Shown in pieces: positions 52,758 to 64,000 of a DNA stretch of 64,000 nucleotides. A program made the position numbers and the translations under genes. The notes under the pieces are model-generated. The model worked only from the letters and a program-made list of their open reading frames with translations, was not told the DNA's origin and made no database searches. Numbering within the stretch: position 1 is the first letter of the stretch; each line of letters opens with the position of its first letter. The DNA comes from Octopus sinensis (Eukaryota). The DNA lies in contig NC_043022.1 of assembly GCF_006345805.1 (NCBI RefSeq), positions 19,530,001 to 19,594,000 on the forward strand. Reading direction: 5' to 3'.

Positions 52758-53495
52758 CCTATAAAATAAATTAATTTACTCTGCTATGTATTGAGTACCT
52801 TATTTACTGAGGTTAACCCCGACTCAACCCGGGACCTACATATATATATATATATATAACTAAGAAGGTAAATTTCGAAAGCAGAGTTGTCGTTAAAACA
52901 GCATAAAGATTGGGTATTTACCATTATAAGACGGTAAAAAAAAAGTGTTTAGCAGACAGCTACGAACCTGTACTCCTTAGATACCGGTTGAGTACTCTAC
53001 CTTTAAGAATGGCAGCACGCTAACAGCAATTACCTTCAACTTAGATGCTAAATGATAATAGCTTTTGGAAAGCGCCAAAATATTTTCCGTCTTATAAGTC
53101 TAAATACCTAATCTTTCTGCTGTTTGAACGGCTATACTGTGTTCGAATTTTACAGTTACATTCGAAGCTTCCAAAGTTTCTTATATATATATATATCAAT
53201 GTAGGTTGTGTATATGTACATAACAAGCTATGGTTTGATGCTAAAGGCGAAAACTCACTTGTTCCTTTTTGACCCATCGGCAGCGAGTTGGAAGACAGCA
53301 CAAGAATTAAACTTTCTCAAAATACAAATGTACAAACATAATAATTTCAATAAATAGAGAATTCACTCACAATTGTGAAACCAGTTCATTTCGGCATTTA
53401 CACTGTTCGCTACATATTGACTCTAGTATTTATTTCGGTATGACATGTGTTTTATCAAAATATTGTATACGTTTGTTTATAGATAAATGTACATA

Positions 53496-53698
53496 TACTC
53501 TTTACTCTTCTACTCGTTTCAGTCATTTGACTGCGGCCATGCTGGAGCACCGCCTTTAGTCGAGCAAATCGACCCCGGGACTTATTCTTTTGTAAGCCCA
53601 GTACTCATTCTATCGGTCTCTTTTGCCGAACCGCTAAGTGACGGGGACGTAAGCACACCAGCATCGGTTGTCAAGCAATGCTAGGGGGACAAACACAG

Positions 53699-53739
<41 letters not shown>

Positions 53740-53914
53740 CACATATATACGACAGGCTTCTTTCAGTTTCCGTCTACCAAATCCACTCACAAAGCATTGG
53801 TCTGCCCAGGGCTATAGCAGAAGACACTTGCCCAAGGTGCCATGCAGTGGGACTGAACCCGGAACCATGTGGCTGGTTAGCAAGCTACTTACCACACAGC
53901 CACTCCTGCACCTA
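53496..53914 (-). mobile_element. SINE-A
   Basis: Matches the family consensus. Confidence 0.9.
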
Positions 53915-56097
53915 TATCTGCAGTTTCTTTGATATGTATATGTCACTGAAAAATTACCATTATGAATCATTGCAAAGTATAGATTATATTTCTGTTTATC
54001 GAGACCTGAGAGTAATACGATATGTCAAGCTGCATACCTTCTTATTGTATTAAGCCGACAGACAGGAGACAGGATAACAAGATATCAAAGACCTATGACA
54101 TACACAGACATTTTAGCAAATCATCCAGGAGGATGTGCGTAACTGGTACTTAATTTAGCGACCCCGAATGGATGAAAGGCAAAGTCGACCTCGGCGGAAT
54201 TTGAACTCAGAACGTAGCGGCAGGTGAAATACTTATAAGCATTTCGTCCAGCACGCTAATGATTCTGCCAGCTCGTTGCCTTTGACCCTAGTGAAATTTA
54301 TATATATATATATAAATTTGTGAGCGAATGTCAACTTATAGGTCTTATAGACTCTCTGCACTGTTCTTGACAGCACTTTGTTTATAGAAATACTTACAAA
54401 TACAGGATGTCCCAGAATTAACTATTTCAATGAAATCGGGCAAATTCAAAATCATCTGAGAGAACTTTATGCTTATTATTTAATTATGAGGATCTTTTCG
54501 GTTTGAACGGCAGTTGTTAACATAATTTCTAGGTAACTAAAAAATGTTAAACTTCGTATACTGGTAGAATGTGTTTATAAAACATCTTTTTCTCTTAGCT
54601 TTATTGAGAAAATTCTATAGTTTGTAAGATATTTGTTGTTTATTTTTCTTCAATTTCTGCAATTTCAACCAATCAATGACGTCCATTGAGGTAAACAACA
54701 TTCTGTGTCGTATGAATATGTCCCTCGTTTAAGAAACAGATTGAGTTTATTTATATTTGTGAAGAAAAAAAGAAACCCTCCCGCCACCCCTAGCCCTAAC
54801 CCTAACCCTAACTAACCCTAACCCTAAAATAGATTGAAACGCAATAGATCGATACCAGGGTCATGATTATGGGTGACAATTTCATATGACATCCTTTCGG
54901 GGTCGATAAATTAAGTACCAGTTACGCACTGGGGTCGATGTAATCGACTTAATTCCTTTGTCTGTCCTTGTTTGTCCCCTCTATGTTTAGCGGCTTGTAG
55001 GCAATAAAGAAATAAGAAATAAGAAGATTGCTTCCTAACCACATGTTCCCCAGTTCAGTCCCTCTGGGTGAAATTTTGGGGAGTACCTTCTACTACAGCG
55101 CCGGGCCGACTAAAGCCTTGCCAGTGGATTTGGTAGAGGGTAAATCAAAAGATTCCCGTCATATATATAGTGTGTGTGTTTGCGTGTCTGTGTTTTTTCC
55201 CACAGCCGCTTGGCAACCGGTGTTATTGTGTTTACGTCTCTGTATCTAAGCGATTCGGCAAAATATTTCGATAGAATAAGTATCAGGCTTTATAAAGAAC
55301 ATGGGTCGATTCATTCAACTAAAACCTTCTCCGCAGTGATGCTCCAGTATTGCCGCAGTCTCATAACAATCAAATAAAAGATAGAAGATATTAAAGACGA
55401 TAACCATAAATAAAAGTCAGTTTAAAAAAAAAATTGTCCGATTTCGCTGAAATTGATAGTTAATTCTGGGACACGAGGCATAATATAATACTTTTATCTG
55501 TTTGTATATCAGAAATATCATTACACCGGATCTAGCGTAATTGCGTAATTATGAAGATTGTTTTACACACACACACTGTCACTTCGTCAGTTACAACGAA
55601 GAGTGTTCCAGCTGACCTGGTCAACGGAACAGCCTGCTCGTGAAATTAATGAGCAAATGGCCGAGTACTCCACAGACACGCGTACCCTTAACGTAGTTCT
55701 CAGGGAGATTTATCGCGACACAGGTTGTGACAAAGCTGGCCCTCTGAAATAAAGGTACTACTCTATTTTGCCCGCTGGAGCAATGTGAAATAAAATGTCT
55801 TGCTCAAGAACGACGCATTGCCAAGAATCGAACTCCCGACCTTACGATCATGATCGCGCACTCTCTCTCTCTCTCTCGCACACACAAACACACACACACA
55901 CACACACACACACCATATATAAACAAACAATTTTTATATATATTATGCCTGTGTTGTTAGGAAGCTCGCTCTGTAATCCTGTAGTTTTGGGTTCGGCTCC
56001 ACTGCGTGGCACCTTGGGCAAGTGTCATCTACTACAACTCGGGGTCAACCGATGCCTTGTAAGCGAGTTAGGTAGGCAGAAACTGTATGGAAGCCCG

Positions 56098-56135
<38 letters not shown>

Positions 56136-58053
56136 GTAAATGTAATATGTAACAATTATTCGGTAGCCATGATAAAACTCCGGGTTTCGGATGCCGAGGT
56201 GGAAATCCACGCCGCCATCTCTTCAGTTATCTGGCCATCGGAAAAATATATGTTTACCAATGTGTGTGCTTGTCTGTTATGCTTGTCTTTGTGTCTGTGT
56301 TGGTTCCCCACCACCGCTTGACAACAGGTGCTACTGTGTTTGGGTCCCCGCAATCTAGCGGTTCAGCAAAAGAGCCCGATAGAAAAAAGCATGACCGCAG
56401 TCTAATTACTGAAACAAATAAAAGGATAAAACTGTAGATATACATAATTTTATACCTCACCTCAGACACCACCACTGCTTTCGTCTTCCACCCGACCTTC
56501 CACCTAGTCATCCACCCGTCAACGTAATCTTTACTCACTCGACAAACAAGTTTTCTCAGTTATTTCAATACAAACATTTTTGTCGGTGAAAATTTCATTC
56601 CACTTAAAGAGACCAGCGTGAGAAAATTCTGCTGCAAAACAAAATGTTGTTGTTGCTATTGCTGTCGTCATCGTCGTCGGTGTCGTTGTTGTTGTTGTTT
56701 AGGCCTTGGCCTACATCGAAAGAACAGACGTATAGGGAAAAAATTTACGACCCTGCGAAGCGCATTGTGACCAGCGACGTGTAGTAACATCTGATAGCCT
56801 GGTCGGTCACGGTGATCACGGTGATATATATATATATATTGGCTTACTCGCTTAGCCAGCGGGGTGGCGTCATTTGAAGGCTAAAACAATGCGAAGCGCA
56901 ATGTAACCAGCGATGTGTAACAACATCTGGTAGCCCTGGTCGGTCACGGTGATCACGGTGATATATATATATATATATGTTAATAAAATAGAACATATGC
57001 ATATATATAAACATATATGTACGTACCTACCTCTACATGTACATATACACGCATATATGTGTACAGGACACCAAAAAGACGTCGAACACATAGAGAGACG
57101 AAAAACATAGACACAAACCAAGGAACAGGACAGGCAAAAAAAGGAGAGATACAGGACAATAAGCACAACGAAAAATCCCCTTCTTCAGTCGCTAAGGTTT
57201 CATCTACTCTACGTTTCGAAGGATAAAAGCGAGACGTATACATTCGAAGAAACTTCCTTCCTGCGAAAAGCAAATCAATTAAAATTCTGAGATCTTTTCG
57301 CAGAGGGGTAAAAAATGGTAAAAAAAGCAAGACGGTAACGACAGTACAAACATATAAACAGTAAAAAAATATATATAAACAGTGGAAAAATAAATATATA
57401 ACAGTGAGAGACAGGACAAGGAGAACAAGATAAGAAGGGCTGTTTACGCCGCTCGCTTAGCCAGTGGGGTGGCGTCATTTGAAGGTTAAAAACAATGCGA
57501 AGCGCAATGTAACCAGCGATGTGTAACAACATCTGATAGCCTGGTCGGTCACGGTGATCACGGTGATATATATATATATATATTATATATATATATATAT
57601 TATATATATATATATATATATAATATATATATTGGCCTGCTCGCTTAGCCAGTTGGGTGGCGTCATTTGACGGCTAAAATAATGCGCTTCGCATTGTGAT
57701 CAGCGATGTGTAGCAACATCTGATAGCCTTGTTGGTCACAGTGTTCACGGTGATATATATATATATATATTCGTTAATATTTTACTGTTTCAGTCACTTG
57801 ACTGCCGCCATGCTGGAGCACCGCCTTAAGTCGAAAAAATTGACCCCAGGAATTATTCTTTGTAAGCCTGGTACTTATTACATCGGTCTCTTTCGCCGAA
57901 CCGCTAACGTACGGGGACGTAAACACACCAACATTTGTTGTCAAGTGATAATGGGTGGACAAACACAAATACACACACACGCACATTTATATACATACAT
58001 ACATACATACATACATACATACATACTACATACATACATACATACATACATAC

Positions 58054-58085
<32 letters not shown>

Positions 58086-58304
58086 ACACACACACATATA
58101 TATATAATATATATATATATATATAAATTAAATTAGAGATAAAACTACTATTAGGCAAATCAAACAGTGAAAAACGTAAACCAAAATATAAAGATAAATA
58201 ATTAATATAATATACAAAATATATAAAATATAAAATTTTTAATTGAAATTAATTAGATTTAAAATTAAAATCATATAATATAAGATATATAAAGAATCAT
58301 GTCG

Positions 58305-58335
<31 letters not shown>

Positions 58336-58346
58336 TATATAGAAGG

Positions 58347-58396
58347 AGCTTCTACAGGACTAGTACTGTTTCATTCAAGAGAAATCTTCAGGAAGC
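58347..58396 (-). ncRNA. Family 2 hammerhead motif inside a 50-bp-arm fold-back
   Basis: GCUUC-CUGAAGA-UUUC-UCUU-GAAU-GAA-ACAG-UACUAGUC-CUGU-A-GAAGC. Confidence 0.72.
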
Positions 58397-58514
58397 AGTA
58401 CTTGAATGAAACAGTACTAGTCCTGTAGAAGCTCCTTCTATATAATAAATTAATTTTACTCTGCTATGTATTGAGTACCTTACTTACTGTGGTTAACCCC
58501 GGATCAACCCGGCC

Positions 58515-58548
<34 letters not shown>

Positions 58549-59619
58549 GACGGGATTCTTCAGTTTCTGTCAAGCAAATCCATTCACAAGGCTTTGGTCG
58601 GCCCGAGGCTATAGTTATGGACAGTTGCCCAAGGTGTCGCGCAGTGCGACTGAACCCGGAACTGTGTGGTTGGGAAGCAAGCTTCTTACCGCACAAGAGA
58701 AGTTTAAATAACGGTCATTATATAGAAATTCCTTTATTATAGCACATTTGGCTTACAGCTGTTTCTAGTCGTCATTATAGATAGGTTCATTAAACTGGTC
58801 TCGTGATCAACTGAGATAAATTGGAAGACCTGAATAAAATGTTGTTGTTGCTATTGCTGTCGTCATCGTCGTCGGTGTCGTTGTTGTTGTTGTTGTTTAG
58901 GCCTTGGCCTACATCGAAAGAACAGACGTATAGGGAAAAATTTACGACCCTGCGAAGCGCATTGTGACCAGCGATGTGTAGTAACATCTGATAGCCTGGT
59001 CGGTCACGGTGATCACGTGAGAGCCATTGCTGGAAATAACAAGCAGAGCACTTGGATAGTGACTATTGTATCGGGAAAGTCTGTGTGGGGTGGGGGTGCG
59101 AAGATGAGATGTTTAAGTAGAAAAAGTAAACGGAGGTTACAATGGGATGGTAACAATTGAGGAGTGTTACTTAGTAGAAGTAGCAGTAAAGTAATACGTG
59201 TAGTCGTATTGGTCGTAGTTGTAATCTGAGAGCCCCTTCGGTCACGACACAGACCATGGTGTTGCGCCTAGAAAGTTACCCTCCCAGGCACAAGTCCAGG
59301 CAAGGTTGTTTATGGAAGACCAGCAGTCGCCCTTGCATACCGGCCTCCCCTCTCCACGCCACCAGTATTATCCAAGGGAAAGGCAAAGGGGCCGATACAG
59401 CTTGGCACCTGTGACGTCACTACTCATTTCTACAGCTGAGTGAGCTGGATCAACGTGAAATAAAGTGTCTTGCTCAAGAACACTACACGCAGCCCGGTCC
59501 GGGATTCGAGCTCACAGCCTCACGTTCGTAAGCTCGACGCTCTAACCACTGAGCCATGCGTAGTTATAATAAGAGTAAGATATAGGAGTAGTTATAATAG
59601 GAGTAAGATATTTAGTAAT

Positions 59620-59957
59620 GTGAAGGCGCATGGCTCAGTGGTTAGAGCGTCGAGCTTACGATCGTGAGGTTGTGAGCTCGAATCCCGGACCGGGCTGCGT
59701 TTTGTGTTCTTGAGCAAAAGCACTTTATTTCACGTTGCTCCAGTTCACTCAGCTGTAGAAATGAGTTGCGACGTCACTGGTGCCAAGCTGTATCGACCTT
59801 TGTCTTTCCCTTGAATAACACTAGTGGCGTGGAGAGGGGAGGCTGGTATGCATGGGCGACTGCTGGTCTTCCATAAACAACCTTGCCCGGACTTGTGTCT
59901 AGGAGGGTAACTTTCTAGGTGCAATCCCATGGTCATTCATGACCGAAGGGGGTCTTT
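59620..59957 (+). mobile_element. SINE-C with 10-bp TSD
   Basis: ATTTAGTAAT at 59610-59619 and 59958-59967. Confidence 0.88.
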
Positions 59958-60050
59958 ATTTAGTAATAGGAGTATAAAAGATAGTGACAAACATAGGTCA
60001 GCAACATTATATTGACATTGTATATCGGTTAAATATTCTCTGCATCTATG

Positions 60051-60288
60051 CAGTAATCCCCTACCATATCGTGGTTCACTTACCGCGGTTCACATATCAC
60101 GGTTTATTATCTAAGCTAACGTCGATTCCTCTGTGGTGTTGTTTTGCATTCATAACAAAATAGATGCATACAAATTATAAAAATAATTTTAAAAAAATAT
60201 GCAGTACAGTACTGTTTCTCTTTCGCGGATTTTCACCTCTCGCGGTGGGGTTTTGGAACGTAACACCCGCGATAGTCGAGGGATTACT

Positions 60289-60289
<1 letters not shown>
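60051..60289. mobile_element. pogo/Tigger-type MITE
   Basis: TIRs CAGTAATCCC...GGGATTACTG. TA on the right flank, TG on the left. Confidence 0.75.
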
Positions 60290-60325
<36 letters not shown>

Positions 60326-60497
60326 AACATACACACACATATATGTATTTCCATAACGTCTCCAAATCCACTCACAAGGCTTTGGTTGGCCCGAGGCTAT
60401 AGTAGAAGATACTTGCCCAAGGTGCCACGCAGTGGGACTGAACCGTGAACCGTGTGATTGAGAAGCAAGTTTCTTACCACACAGCCACACCTGCGTT

Positions 60498-60554
<57 letters not shown>

Positions 60555-60984
60555 CCAAATCCACACACACGGCCGAAATGCTTAGCGGTATTTCGTCTGC
60601 GTTACGTTGTGAGTCCAAATTCCGCCGAGGTCGACTTTGGCTTTCATCCTTTCGGGGTCGATAAATTAAGTACCAGTTACGCACTGGGGTCGATGTAATC
60701 GACTTAATACCTATGTCTGTCCTTGTTTGTCCCCTCTGTGTTTAGCCCCTTGTGGGTAATAAAGAAATAGGTATCAGTCAGCCTGGAGGTGTAGTTGAAG
60801 GCACTTGCTCAAGGTACTGGGCAGCAAGACTGAACCCGCCACCTCGTAGCTGCAAAGAGAACAAATTTCGATGTGTTTTTCTTCTTTTCGAATGGTACAT
60901 TTAGCAAATTAACTCTGTAAATGCACCACTTGTTTGTGTGACTTAAGAAAAAATTTTGAGGCGTAAAGAACGATAGCTCTTTTT

Positions 60985-61385
60985 TACTCTTCTTTTTACT
61001 CTATTTTACTTGTTTCAGTCATTTGACTGCGGCCATGCTGGAGCACCGCCTTTAATCGAGCAACTCGACCCCAAGACTTATTCTTTTTTGTAAGCCCATT
61101 ACTTATTCTATTGGTCTCTTTTGCCGAACCGCTAAGTAACGGGGACATAAACACCTCAGCATCGGTTGTCAAGCAATGGTAGGGGGACAAAGACAAACAC
61201 ACACACGCATATATATATATACATATATACGACGGCTTCTTTCAGTTTCCGTCTACCAAGTCCACTCACAAGGCTTTGGTCGGCCCGAGGCTTAGTAAAG
61301 ACACTTGTCCCAGTGCCACCAGTGTGACTGAACCCGGAACCATGTGTTTAGTAAACACGCTACTTACCACACAGCCACTCCTGCC
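60985..61385 (-). mobile_element. SINE-A
   Basis: Matches the family consensus, with several indels. Confidence 0.85.
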
Positions 61386-61457
61386 CGAGTAGATATTTTA
61401 AAAAAACAAAACAAATGATTTTGTATTGAATTTAATGGTCGTTGGTTGTTGTTGTTG

Positions 61458-61489
<32 letters not shown>

Positions 61490-62833
61490 GGTGGTGGTGG
61501 GGTGCTAGTGTTGTAAATCCTCTCACACACTGTGTTTCAGTTAGGCAGTAAACATGTGATATTTAAGAATCGAGGAGGCTATTTACAGAGTAGTGACCAG
61601 CAACATGGGAAAAATTAGGGCATGATGAAAGATATGACAGAGTGGCAGGAGGGAGGGAAAGAGAGAGTGAGAGAGAGAGGGGGAATATGGAGAGAGAAAA
61701 GGAGGAGTTTTTGTGAGAATTTCTGATGAGTAATGGGCCTCCAGACAACAACAAAAGGATCTTTTCTTTTTGAAAGCCAGATTTTTCAGATTTTTCTAGT
61801 TAACTAAATAATTTGAAACTTCGTATACTGGTAGAATGTGTCAAAGAAAACAATAATTTCAACTAGTTTTTTTTGACAAAAATGTATTTTATAAGTTTAT
61901 ACGTAGTTTAAAAATCTGCGAATTTTAACCAATCGTATTCTCTGTATTCAGTTGAAATTTTGCTTCGTCTAAGCATATTGGTACTGTGACGTAAACAGCA
62001 CACACGTACTGTTTACTTTGGATGAATAATAAACAATATTCAGTGTTTTTGTATAGGCTTCGGGTGTTTTCCTATACAATGCATATATTTACTATAAACT
62101 TGTGCACACGCTTTCATTCTTCAGTTTGACTCACGCCTTGAACCGGTATTTGGCTTGTATGCACCCACTACACCCACGTACCCATCCATACGCATACTCG
62201 CCCATAATCAGGGCCCCTCTGCGTTCTCGCTCGTCGATGTACTAGGATAATAAACACCCAAATCCCCTTAAAACCATATACTACTGGGTTAAGGCAGGGT
62301 ACATTGGCTAATATAATCATAGATGCTATATCTGAAAAAAGGGTGGGGGCGCAAAAATACGGGTTGGTCATAGTTGGAACCCTTTGATCCTCAACCGGTT
62401 TATCAGATGACCTGAGTTAAATAGCAATAACAATATATTTGTAATTGATTATAGACACAAAGCACTATTTTGGGGTGAGTGGAGGGTATAATCATTTATA
62501 TCGATCTCCAATACTGATCGATGTATTTTTCGACCGTGGAAGAAGAGACGTTGTTTTGAATTCGGTGAGGGTTGAAACCCGAACGTATAGGACCGTATCC
62601 CTAAACATTCTAACAGTCCTTTACCAAGCCCTTGTCAGCATGTAATATCATCTGATCCACATTATCTCTCTATTATTTGTCCCCGCGTAAAAATATATCA
62701 TCAAAGTGACATAGTTAAACTTCGACGAAAAATATAATGTAAGCTGGCAGAATCGGTGTGCATCGGATAAAATGCGTTAGCGTCATTTCTTACGCCCAAA
62801 AATTATAAATACTACAGTTGGTACATTCGACGG

Positions 62834-62933
62834 NNNNNNNNNNNNNNNNNNNNNNNNNNNNNNNNNNNNNNNNNNNNNNNNNNNNNNNNNNNNNNNNNNN
62901 NNNNNNNNNNNNNNNNNNNNNNNNNNNNNNNNN
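62834..62933. other. Assembly gap (100 N)
   Basis: Exactly 100 N, which suggests a scaffolding placeholder of unknown true size. Confidence 0.99.
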
Positions 62934-63029
62934 TAACTTCCCCGCAATGCATACATTTTTGCATATGTTTATTTACGTATATGTGTTTGTGTAGGAATGA
63001 GTGAGTGCTTGGATGTGCACGTGTATGTG

Positions 63030-63600
63030 TATTTGTACACGCATTTATATTTGTCTTTGTATGTGTGGGTACACATACTCTTCATTGATGGTGTGGTCCT
63101 TTTGAAGATAGTAAACACAACGCCTTTTGCATGACAGAAAAACTGGGCCCATGACGACCTCCTTTTGAAGCAGATGAGAAAGGGTGTTTTCACTGTATGG
63201 ATCGTCGCTTTGTCTTTGACACAAAGTTATGAACCCTACCCTCATCCAAGAGTTAGAAACGTTCAAGGAAACCAGCTGGATCTGCTTCAAACAATATCAG
63301 AATAACCCATGTGTGATCAGCCTGGTGAGCTTTTGAACAGGTTTCACAAGACATAGCAGCTACCGAGCAAAATATTTTCAAATCTGTCATGGGATATGTT
63401 AACAGTATTGGCCATTTGCTTCATAGTCCATCGCCTGTCACTCATCACCATGTGGGGAATACCATCAATATTTCCCCTCCTAAATTCAGTTGGCAATTTT
63501 TGCCCCGTTGATAAAGCTGGATCGTCATCGTCTAATGCTGCAACCATGTCAGCATGAATGTACTTGGGGGCTAAACCTTTTTTCTGCAGGTTCTTGTGAA
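63030..63600 (-). mobile_element. Degenerate mariner transposase (HTH and first catalytic Asp region)
   Basis: KGLAPKYIHADMV, NIDGIPHMVMSDRR, LFEADPAGFLERFLTLDE, YLQKDHTINEEY, in broken frames. Confidence 0.8.
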
Positions 63601-64000
63601 CACTGTGAAACCAAATTTTGTCTGTCGCTACTAGTTACATTTGAAGTCTTCTTTGAAGAGCCAGATGCCAGTTTACCTGGAATGAAGAAAGGATGCAATT
63701 ATTTGTAAGAAGGATAAGATAAAGATCATTTTCGAGTCATTCAGACATATATGGCCGGTTTTCATGGTGTATGTATTCTGCACCTGGATCGGACGACAGC
63801 CCGTCGAAGGATTACTCATTTTAGCCAGCTGAACGGACTGGAGCAACGTGAAAAGGAGTGTTCTGCTTAAAACATAATGCATTGCCTATTCAGGAATCGA
63901 AACCACAATCTTACAATTATAAGCACTAAGCCACATGCCTCCACGAGTTGAAATTAAAGCATGCAACATTTCACAGCTCTAGTATCACTCCTTCATTGTC

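Noticed and set aside
62700-63030. Continuity across the gap
   Set aside because: The 100-N placeholder means the distance and adjacency of the two sides are not established.

Overview
Eukaryotic, AT-rich animal genomic DNA, very rich in microsatellites and SINEs. The repeat families look like those of Octopus or another coleoid cephalopod; this is inference from pattern recognition, not a database search. Genes: (1) a complete 14-exon clan-3 (CYP3A-like) cytochrome P450 on the minus strand, 27141->162, 514 aa, assembled by hand with GT-AG introns and consistent phases; (2) two spliced plus-strand exons (47581-47720, 48614-48724) encoding one Mind bomb REP repeat, with no other Mind bomb exons recognised. 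Mobile DNA: a structurally complete Ty3/Gypsy LTR element (32263-37538, 4-bp TSD, tRNA-Trp-type PBS, PPT), a 5'-truncated RTE LINE, a CR1-like 3' end, a CCHC ORF1 remnant, two Tc1/mariner remnants, a non-autonomous Helitron, MITEs, and dozens of tRNA-headed SINEs from about 5 families (labelled A-E here), including a 7 x 184-bp head-to-tail array. The most notable signal, invisible in the ORF track, is a set of short non-coding elements sitting in (TA)n tracts that fold as type I hammerhead ribozymes. There are three sequence families. One is a 572-bp terminally redundant, retrozyme-like unit. One occurs as fold-backs, including a head-to-head copy with a hammerhead fold on each strand. One is an atypical minimal motif. 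All folds were derived by eye and none has been tested. There is a 100-N scaffold gap at 62834-62933. Nearly all other ORFs in the supplied track are microsatellite or SINE artefacts. SINE and remnant boundaries are approximate (about +/-10 bp).
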